DNA of 32,000 nt, taken from NCBI GenBank assembly GCA_026625185.1, contig CP113000.1, positions 945,622 through 977,621 of the forward strand, in the 5' to 3' direction. The notes beneath the pieces are model-generated. The model searched no databases and had not been told where the DNA came from. It saw only the letters and a list, made by a program, of their open reading frames with translations. Made by a program: the position numbers and the translations under genes. Shown here one piece after another: positions 16,704 through 23,548 of the stretch. Origin of the DNA: Thermodesulfobacteriota bacterium (lineage in GTDB: Bacteria > Desulfobacterota > WTBG01 > JAGOGO01). Position 1 is the first letter of the stretch. The number at the start of each line of letters is the position of its first letter.

Positions 16704-17630
16704 TTATTGTTGAAACAACCAGGTTGACAAATAACGTTCCCCGGTATCAGGAAGCACGACCACAATCAGTTTTCCCTTGTTTTCTTTTCTTTTTGCCACT
16801 TCCAGCGCTCCCCAAACTGCCGCACCCGAAGAAATTCCTCCCAGGATCCCTTCCTTAAGCGCAAGTTGCCGGGCAGTCTCACCCGCATCCTCATTGGTAA
16901 CACAAATAATCTCGTCAATAAGGTCCATTCTTAATACGTCGGGGACGAAACCAGCCCCAATGCCCTGAATTTTATGCGGACCGGGTTTGCCGCCGGATAG
17001 CACGGGGGAGTCTTTTGGCTCCACGGCAATTGCTTTAAAATCAGGTTTCCGGGATTTGATCACCTCCGCTACGGCCGTAATCGTCCCGCCGGTTCCCACA
17101 CCCGCTACTAATATATCCACTTTGCCGTCAGTATCCTTCCAAATCTCTTCCGCGGTTGTTTCCCGATGGATTTTGGGGTTAGCAGGATTCTTGAACTGCT
17201 GAGGAATGAAAACATTTTTCATTGTTTTTGCCACCTCTTCAGCTCGTTTCACTGCCCCGGTCATTCCTTCTGCACCAGGGGTAAGAATAAGCTCAGCCCC
17301 CAATATGCGAAGTAATTGCCTTCGCTCCATGCTCATGGTATCCGGCATGGTTAGAATTAATTTATAACCCTTGGCCGCAGCCACAAAGGCCAGCGCGATC
17401 CCGGTGTTGCCGCTGGTCGGCTCAATAATCACCGTGTCTTTTGTAAGCACACCTCTTTTTTCCGCATCCTCAATCAAAGAAACCCCGATACGATCTTTCA
17501 CGCTGGAAAGCGGATTAAAAGACTCAAGCTTGGCCACCACCTCAGCCTCTGCTCCCGCCGTAAGGCGGTTTAAACGAACCAAAGGAGTATTTCCAATTGT
17601 CTTGGTAATATCAGGATATATTTTTTCCAT
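16704..17630 (-). CDS. cysK: cysteine synthase A (O-acetylserine sulfhydrylase)
   Basis: The PLP lysine context (NPLSSVKDR), [11 protein letters not shown] and [11 protein letters not shown] are present. Confidence 0.93.
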   Translation of the reverse strand: MEKIYPDITKTIGNTPLVRLNRLTAGAEAEVVAKLESFNPLSSVKDRIGVSLIEDAEKRGVLTKDTVIIEPTSGNTGIALAFVAAAKGYKLILTMPDTMSMERRQLLRILGAELILTPGAEGMTGAVKRAEEVAKTMKNVFIPQQFKNPANPKIHRETTAEEIWKDTDGKVDILVAGVGTGGTITAVAEVIKSRKPDFKAIAVEPKDSPVLSGGKPGPHKIQGIGAGFVPDVLRMDLIDEIICVTNEDAGETARQLALKEGILGGISSGAAVWGALEVAKRKENKGKLIVVVLPDTGERYLSTWLFQQ

Positions 17631-18004
17631 GTCGGCTCCTTTTTTTATTCTATAAAAATTACCTTAAGAGCTTATTAATTTTTGGTTAAATGTGATACAG
17701 TTAATTGAATGTTTCATTTTCTTCAAAAATTGCTTTTTCAAAATTATTTTTTCTATTTGTTTTATAAAAATAGCATGATTCTCTGATTATCACTAAAAAA
17801 ACCTTGTCAATAATTTTTTAATGAAAATTAATTTTCTTCATAACCAGCTAAATATAAAAGAAAAATACTTAAACTCAAAAATGCTTTTAAAGTGAAAAAG
17901 AATAACAAAACGCTGGATTGACACAATTCAACCAACGTGAGATTGAGCTTATTACCGCAAGAAAGAAGAGGTATTTCCCCTAATTTTTTTCGGGAGGTAA
18001 AATT

Positions 18005-18958
18005 ATGCCAACCATTGATGATGAATTGATAAAACAAGTATGTGAAACCGGCTATCGATCGCATCAGCATTTTCGGGAAGAACTTCCGAAAATAGTCGAA
18101 GATATTGTGGAGACCTGTAATAGTGGTGAATGTTTTGAACAAATGTATTCTGAGGTTATCCCATCCCGTGAGGCGATCATTGAAATCATCCAACGGCTCC
18201 GAGAAATCTTGTTTCCCGGTTATTTTAATAAGGAAAAAACCGACCCGGTTAACCTTAAATATCAAATGGGGCAGTCCGTAAGTGTTTTGTTTGAAATGCT
18301 TGCCGAACAAATTTCCCGAAGTTTTCAGCACGATTGCCTTCGCTTTCATAAGCCATGCATTAAATGTAGCGAGCAAGGCGAGCATGAGGCAGTGATTTTT
18401 TTAAAATCAATCCCAAAAATCCGGCGATTATTAGCAACCGATGTGCGCGCTGCTTATGACGGTGACCCAGCCGCTCAAAGCTTTGATGAGATTATTTTTA
18501 GTTATCCGGGTATGTTCGCCATTATGGTTTATCGCATTGCCCATGAACTTTATGAACAAAAAATACCCCTCATTCCTCGTATCATGACTGAATACGCTCA
18601 CAGTGTCACGGGTATTGACATCCATCCTGGCGCCCGGATTGGAGAAAGCTTTTTCATTGACCACGGGACTGGAGTGGTTATTGGGGAAACCACTGAGATT
18701 GGGAAAAACGTCCGGCTTTATCAGGGAGTCACTTTGGGGGCGCTATCGTTACCCAAAGATGCAGGAGAGCAACTGAGGGGGAAAAAACGACATCCCACCA
18801 TTGAGGATGATGTAATTATTTACGCGGAAGCGACTATTCTTGGCGAGAAAGCGGTAATCGGAACGCGTTCGGTGATCGGAGGCAATGTTTGGATCACTGA
18901 TCCCGTGCCGCCGGACACCAGAGTGCTGTTTGAAACACCTAATTTAATCTATAAATAA
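18005..18958 (+). CDS. cysE: serine O-acetyltransferase (long N-terminal type)
   Basis: The SAT core is DIHPGARIGESFFIDHGTGVVIGETTEIG with hexapeptide repeats. A GGAGG RBS is present, and the gene is divergent from cysK. Confidence 0.88.
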   Translation: MPTIDDELIKQVCETGYRSHQHFREELPKIVEDIVETCNSGECFEQMYSEVIPSREAIIEIIQRLREILFPGYFNKEKTDPVNLKYQMGQSVSVLFEMLAEQISRSFQHDCLRFHKPCIKCSEQGEHEAVIFLKSIPKIRRLLATDVRAAYDGDPAAQSFDEIIFSYPGMFAIMVYRIAHELYEQKIPLIPRIMTEYAHSVTGIDIHPGARIGESFFIDHGTGVVIGETTEIGKNVRLYQGVTLGALSLPKDAGEQLRGKKRHPTIEDDVIIYAEATILGEKAVIGTRSVIGGNVWITDPVPPDTRVLFETPNLIYK

Positions 18959-19471
18959 AAATATGGTTATCTTCTTTAAAAAATTTGACAATTATAAAGT
19001 TGAACTTTAAAATTTCCACATGCATGTTTCCCGCCTCTAATCATCTGCGTTTAAATCCCTTGCGGGCAAAGATGCGGCAGAAACCGGTCTGCTTGTCTGC
19101 CGCGTCAAGAAGTCAACCCCTCTTCCTTCCAATAATCTCGCTTTGCCCTGGCAGGAATTTCCCTCCTGGCTCGTGGAAAAGCTGTAACTCCCACCGGAAA
19201 AGCTTTGGACAAAACTGAAGGTGTGAAGGCGGCTAAAAAGATAACCGTTGATTTTTTGTTGTTTTTTCTTTTGGTTAAGATTAAAAAAGATAAAAAATCA
19301 TCAACCCCAAAAAGATAAGGGACGGAAAGGAACCGGGAGTCTTTGATGGGAAGAATTGTAACTACTGATGAGAAGATAACATAAGGCCAAATCGCCGATT
19401 AAAAAGGCGAGAGGCCTTTTTTCCCAGTAGGGGCACGGGGTTCGGAGCCCACTTGACGAGTTTTCAACTGG

Positions 19472-19615
19472 CTTATGCAGTCTGTATAAGACCGAAGGTA
19501 TCAAAGCAACAAAATGGTTTAACAATATGATATTATGTGATATTTATAACTTCTTAGGAAGATACGGAAAAGTCTTATACAGAAAGCAACGGTCTGTGTT
19601 TCCTGACTTATACGG
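19472..19615. promoter_or_regulatory. cluster of four CTTATRCRG 9-mers (three direct, one inverted)
   Basis: The copies are CTTATGCAG at 19472-19480, its inverted partner CTGTATAAG at 19482-19490, CTTATACAG at 19574-19582 and CTTATACGG at 19607-19615. The cluster lies just upstream of the GTTAGGC core at 19629. Confidence 0.5.
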
Positions 19616-19635
19616 ACTATATAATCTATGTTAGG
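19517..19635 (+). other. possible attC/attI-like boundary site (GTTTAAC-AATAT ... GTTAGGC)
   Basis: The R''-like GTTTAAC (RYYYAAC) and R'-like GTTAGGC (GTTRRRY) can pair fully if G-T wobbles are allowed, and they are 119 nt apart. Internal L-box pairing is weak and AT-rich. Confidence 0.3.
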
Positions 19636-19726
19636 CCAAAAGCGCTGATGCTGTCTAACGGCATTGAATTTCGTGAGGAATTTATTCATGATCTACTTTT
19701 CATCCACGCTGAATTGAGTCGAAACC

Positions 19727-20353
19727 ATGCAAATCGCTGTTACTATAGCTCTCACAGCCACCTACCTTGGCCTCTCGCTGACGCTCGGCGGCGTGCATTC
19801 AAACAATGGCCCTTGGTGGTTCTTCTTGCCTTGCATTGTGTCAATCTGCGCCTTCGTTGTTGCCAAAATGATCATGGCCAAACTTCCGCTGCCCTGGGTC
19901 AATGAACAGGGCTATAGCTCTCCACCTCGCCGTGTCCACCTTTCTTGGAGAGCCACTGTCCGGCTTCCCGCTTATGCGCCATTCCTGCTTATTCTGTGGC
20001 ATTTTCTATCGATCCTGCGCATGCACTTTGACATCGACTGGGTGTTGTGTTGCGTGATCATGCTCGTCTTGGGGATGATGACCATAGTTGCTCTCAGACG
20101 CTGGCGTGAAATCCGACTCCTTCGAAGTGGTGAAGTGGGGATGGCGTTTATCAATAGTCGAGAGAACACTGCTGAGTGGCAAGACGACCGAATATACTAT
20201 CATTTCAAGACTGCCAGAGGGGCAGATGTCTCGGGTCGGGCATTCTATGTTGGATATGATGTACTCGAAGGCTCCATCATCCCAGTGTTCTACGACCCCA
20301 AGAATCCTTCAGATCACGTGGTCGCCTGCGCCTCCTGGTTCGAGGCCGATTGA
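19727..20353 (+). CDS. four-TM membrane protein with C-terminal DUF3592-like domain
   Basis: Four hydrophobic helices are followed by GEVGMAFINSRENTAEW...YYHFKTARGADVSG...GSIIPVFYDPKNPSDHVV, the typical DUF3592 pattern. The gene is GC-rich relative to its flanks. Confidence 0.65.
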   Translation: MQIAVTIALTATYLGLSLTLGGVHSNNGPWWFFLPCIVSICAFVVAKMIMAKLPLPWVNEQGYSSPPRRVHLSWRATVRLPAYAPFLLILWHFLSILRMHFDIDWVLCCVIMLVLGMMTIVALRRWREIRLLRSGEVGMAFINSRENTAEWQDDRIYYHFKTARGADVSGRAFYVGYDVLEGSIIPVFYDPKNPSDHVVACASWFEAD

Positions 20354-20372
20354 CGGTTTGCATGGAAACGCG

Positions 20373-20434
20373 GCCCAACCCGTCAATGCAGCGGATCGTC
20401 CTAAAACCGGGCCTCCTGCTGTTTTTTGTTGGGC
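20373..20434 (+). other. attC-like recombination site 1
   Basis: GCCCAAC-CCGTC-AATGCAGCGG...CCTGCTG-TTTTTT-GTTGGGC. R'' and R' match RYYYAAC and GTTRRRY and are perfectly complementary (7/7). The inner L-like arms pair with bulged bases. The site is 62 nt long and starts 20 nt after the preceding stop codon. Confidence 0.55.
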
Positions 20435-20492
20435 AAGTTCAAAATTGAAAAATGAGCATAATCAAATAACCATTTTTGCAAGGAGCTGAATC

Positions 20493-21977
20493 ATGAACAA
20501 TACAGTGCTTATTGTTATTGTTTGTGCTCCGGTTGTTCTAGCGGCTCTCTTTTTTCTCTATAGGTTTCTATTACAACTTACCACGAAGCCCATTCTGGAA
20601 ATAAGTCTTACTCCATCTGATAGCTTAAGATGGCCCAAAAAGAAAAAGATCGCTGAGTTGGCTGATGCTTTTCAACGGCATGGTTTTGAACTGGCCGGAC
20701 ATTATGATTGTCCGGAAATTCCTGTTGTCAAAATATCAGGATTTGTGAAACCTTCCGAACAAATCATCGGAGTGGTTTATTATCATTCTATTGCCGGAAT
20801 ATGGACAGACCTCTGTGTCGAATACAATGATGGAGAAAGCCTTACAGTTTCCAACGCGCCTGCGGGGCAGGAAATGGATCACATGCCGGGATCGGAAAAA
20901 ATTTATATAAAGGGAAGTTCTGTGGAGGAACTTATCGCGAAAGTTCTATCCGATAGGAAAAACAAAGAGAGGAAAAAAATCACCAAGGAAGAATTTTCTT
21001 CCAATTTCGAAGAAGCGTATAAGAAAGAAATGAAATGGCGCATGGAAAGGGGCGGGCCGACGGCGCTGGAAGTAAAAAAAGTTGCCGATGAAATGGGGGT
21101 TCCTCTTGACAGCGGAAAGATGCTGAATAAAACTCAGCCATTACAGAAGATATGGATGAAGGAGAAGATCAAGCCGAGAAAGGTTAGAAGAGAAGTGATT
21201 GATGCTGAACTGCCGGGAGAGTTTCAAAGGTCGGATGTATTTCGTCAGAAGTTGGAACAAAAAAGCGGGCCCATGCCTCAGCAAATGAATATACCGGCAG
21301 CGCCCGTGTATATTGTGCTTATTGCGGCAATAATCTATTGGCTATATTTTGGCTTTCAATACAATAAAGTCCATACGGTTCCTCTAAACGCAGTAGTTAT
21401 TTTTTTAGCAGTCTTTCTAATTTTCTTCATTACTTTGATGTGGATTAACATGCATCATCAAGCAGCGAAAATCTGTCCCTTTTTAAAACGCATTGCCGAT
21501 CAAAGACCGGGAGCCTTTTTGTTTATAAGCGGGACATTCCCAACGCTCTTCTATGCCAGAGAAGCGTGGCTGGGAAAAGTTGTTTTCGAGCAGGGCGGTG
21601 AGCATCGGGATGCATGTACACGTCTGGAAGCGATAACAAAGCATTCCGGAGGATGGCTGTCTATTAGTCAAAAGAATATAATCAGCACAATTTTTGGCCG
21701 GTCGGATAAGAATAATATTGCATTGCCGGATAGCGATTTTGGCAGAAAGTTCATAATGTCGGGCTCGGATGAAGTACTTGCTGAAGAACTACTTAAATCC
21801 AACTTTACAGGAACAATGATGCGTTTGGATGGCTTTAAAAAACCGAGCGTGGAAATTGACGGCAAATCGGTAACCGTGGAAATAAAACAAAACTTTTTTA
21901 GCACGCGCAGGGAAAAGGAACTAAAGCAATTTCTAGATGCAGCGGAAAACATTATTGATACGGTTGTGAAAAAGTAA
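20493..21977 (+). CDS. hypothetical three-TM protein (494 aa)
   Basis: An AAGGAG RBS precedes the ATG. The protein has an N-terminal TM, a Lys/Glu-rich linker and two central TMs. The C-terminal segment (LPDSDFGRKFIMSGSDEVLAEELLKSNF...) is reminiscent of DUF3137-type tails. No catalytic motif was recognised. Confidence 0.7.
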   Translation: MNNTVLIVIVCAPVVLAALFFLYRFLLQLTTKPILEISLTPSDSLRWPKKKKIAELADAFQRHGFELAGHYDCPEIPVVKISGFVKPSEQIIGVVYYHSIAGIWTDLCVEYNDGESLTVSNAPAGQEMDHMPGSEKIYIKGSSVEELIAKVLSDRKNKERKKITKEEFSSNFEEAYKKEMKWRMERGGPTALEVKKVADEMGVPLDSGKMLNKTQPLQKIWMKEKIKPRKVRREVIDAELPGEFQRSDVFRQKLEQKSGPMPQQMNIPAAPVYIVLIAAIIYWLYFGFQYNKVHTVPLNAVVIFLAVFLIFFITLMWINMHHQAAKICPFLKRIADQRPGAFLFISGTFPTLFYAREAWLGKVVFEQGGEHRDACTRLEAITKHSGGWLSISQKNIISTIFGRSDKNNIALPDSDFGRKFIMSGSDEVLAEELLKSNFTGTMMRLDGFKKPSVEIDGKSVTVEIKQNFFSTRREKELKQFLDAAENIIDTVVKK

Positions 21978-22474
21978 TGGGAACAATGCGTGAATGGCGT
22001 TTGGATATTGAAAGGTGGCCGGGCCCTAACAGACAGAAGAGGAAGGGGTTGCGGGACATTTTCAAGGAAAGTCCTAACGGGAGATATCTATCGGTGCTTT
22101 ATTCATGCAGCGAGATTGATATATATAAAGAGGTCGGCCATTTTGCTCTTTTCGAAGAACCGAAGGATTCACCACGGCTTTTGGTGCGTCCCCGGGGCCT
22201 TACCTGCCTTGTTACCTACGATTCCCAAAAAGACATTCAATGGATTGAGAATCGGTTCTGTGTGGTTACTTCTTACAGCCTCAGACCGAGTTTTTCTTCA
22301 TCCGGCCAACTCAAATCGTTTTACGGTGCAATGATTTTTGATGTTAAAGATCGAAAGGCAGCATATGATCCGTGCTCTTCTGCAGGCAAAATTGTTTCTG
22401 CCTTTCCTGATAAACTTGACTGGAAAAGCTGGAGGCGTTTATCATTGTGGCCGAGGGTATGGTACAAGCAATAG
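21977..22474 (+). CDS. hypothetical protein (165 aa), translationally coupled to the upstream gene
   Basis: The start overlaps the upstream stop (TAATG). No recognisable motif was found. Confidence 0.55.
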   Translation: MGTMREWRLDIERWPGPNRQKRKGLRDIFKESPNGRYLSVLYSCSEIDIYKEVGHFALFEEPKDSPRLLVRPRGLTCLVTYDSQKDIQWIENRFCVVTSYSLRPSFSSSGQLKSFYGAMIFDVKDRKAAYDPCSSAGKIVSAFPDKLDWKSWRRLSLWPRVWYKQ

Positions 22475-22614
22475 TAGGGACTTAGGAAAGCCCTTTATAT
22501 ATTTATATTTGAATCATACCCTCTAATAAATGTTCTCATTAAAGATGCTTTTTTTGAGCTTAAAAGCCATATTTTTTGGGGGAAAAGTCAGGTTAAGAAT
22601 CAGAAGATAAGAGT

Positions 22615-22682
22615 GCCCAACAATTTAATCCACCAGACCGCAAGCAGCGCATTGCTTACGGCTGGTGATCAACACGTTAGCT
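22615..22682 (+). other. attC-like recombination site 2
   Basis: GCCCAAC-AATTT-AATCCACCAG-[ACCGCAAGCA gcgcat TGCTTACGG]-CTGGTGAT-CAACAC-GTTAGCT. The layout of R box, 5-6 nt spacer, L box with one extrahelical C and a terminal hairpin mirrors canonical attC sites. It is followed directly by GGAGG-N6-ATG of the next ORF. Confidence 0.6.
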
Positions 22683-22694
22683 GGAGGTAGGAAT

Positions 22695-23414
22695 ATGCCC
22701 AGAAGATCAAGACCACCATCTACAAAGCGAAGCGAACATTGGCTTCGCGTGATGGTCAATGATTATCCGAAATACCTGAATGACTGCATTGCAAAGGCGT
22801 TCGGATGGGACTCAACGTGTATCGAATGGCGGTCACCCCTCCGAGACGACGATTATGCTGAGTATTACGATCAAGAGTTCCTGGAACGACTTGGTGTAAA
22901 CGATCTGCGGATGCCGTTGCACGAGTTCTGGCCAAAAAGTGGACCGCGCTGGGATGGCCTTGCCCGCGCAAGAGACGGAAAACTGATACTCATTGAAGCG
23001 AAGGCACATATTGAGGAAGCGGTTGATTATCGAAGCAAAGCAGCAGCAAATGCGCTTGCCCGGATAGAGAAAAGACTTGATGAGGCCAAAGCGGCATTCC
23101 GAGCGAATCCGGATGCACCTTGGCATAGCCCACTTTACCAAATGGCAAACCGATTAGCTCACCTGTACTTCTTGGCTGAAATCAACAAGAAGGACGCTTA
23201 TTTGGTCTTTGTTAATTTTGCCAATGCAGCCGACGTTGAAATTCCGGTTGCTCGGGAAGAATGGAAAGGTGCCACACGTCTTGCCCACAAGTTCCTGGGG
23301 CTGAAGGATAGCAGGCTCTCAAGACGAGTTACGTCGATCATTATTGATCTGAAAGAAATTATCGGCCAACAATCGGCTGGAGGCGACGCAAGAAACCGCG
23401 CGCCTCAGCTGTGA
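22695..23414 (+). CDS. PD-(D/E)XK nuclease-like hypothetical protein
   Basis: PRWDGLARARDGKLILIEAKAH gives a D...ExK core. I chose the ATG at 22695 with a GGAGG RBS over the GTG at 22665, which lies inside the attC-like site. The gene is GC-rich relative to the preceding block. Confidence 0.65.
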   Translation: MPRRSRPPSTKRSEHWLRVMVNDYPKYLNDCIAKAFGWDSTCIEWRSPLRDDDYAEYYDQEFLERLGVNDLRMPLHEFWPKSGPRWDGLARARDGKLILIEAKAHIEEAVDYRSKAAANALARIEKRLDEAKAAFRANPDAPWHSPLYQMANRLAHLYFLAEINKKDAYLVFVNFANAADVEIPVAREEWKGATRLAHKFLGLKDSRLSRRVTSIIIDLKEIIGQQSAGGDARNRAPQL

Positions 23415-23450
23415 CGTCATGCCGCTTGATAAGATGGCAACACGTTCGGC
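23364..23450 (+). other. attC-like site 3 (degenerate; overlaps the 3' end of the preceding ORF)
   Basis: GGCCAAC-AATCG-GCTGGAGGCG...CGCCTCAGC forms a stem with one extrahelical G. The R' is ambiguous: either GTCATGC at 23416 or CAACAC-GTTCGGC at 23438-23450. The CAACAC spacer is identical to that of site 2. Confidence 0.35.
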
Positions 23451-23548
23451 ATCTCATTCCACGTCTTTCCCAGCAAAACCCGGCCATTAGCCTTCTTGCT
23501 CCGTTTTATTCCGTCCGCGCCCCATCATCCCCACTATTTCAACAAAGT

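Noticed and set aside
17828-18385. 185-aa minus-strand ORF spanning the cysK-cysE intergenic region and the cysE 5' end.
   Set aside because: It is a product of AT-rich sequence (Phe/Leu/Lys/Asn-rich). It overlaps the well-supported cysE start and its RBS, and it has no recognisable domain.
19093-19398. About 100-codon open frame on the minus strand upstream of the putative cassette array (SAIWPYVIF...FPRARREIPARAKRDYWKEEGLTS*). I considered it as an integron-integrase (IntI) remnant because its orientation would be right.
   Set aside because: It has no start codon. It includes a poly-A/T-derived KRKNNKK stretch. Its similarity to IntI (L..Q/E L..AR..W..D..EG) is a few residues at best and sits at the wrong position in the protein. 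I cannot support the call without a search. The track ORFs 18985-19218 and 19301-19525 were rejected for the same lack of signal.
19425-19462. GGGGCACGGGGTTCGGAGCCCACT, which superficially resembles a tRNA T-arm or tmRNA end and so a possible att fragment.
   Set aside because: The stems flanking the TTCGGAG loop are not complementary (3 of 5 at best). There is no acceptor-stem partner and no match to the 3' ends of the two tRNAs in the window.
19648-19905. 85-aa ORF overlapping the start of the DUF3592 gene in another frame, and the 20088-20489 and 21990-22526 alternative-frame ORFs.
   Set aside because: They overlap longer ORFs that have coherent TM or domain patterns. ORF 20088-20489 also runs through attC-like site 1. 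Their composition is typical of an off-frame GC-rich translation.
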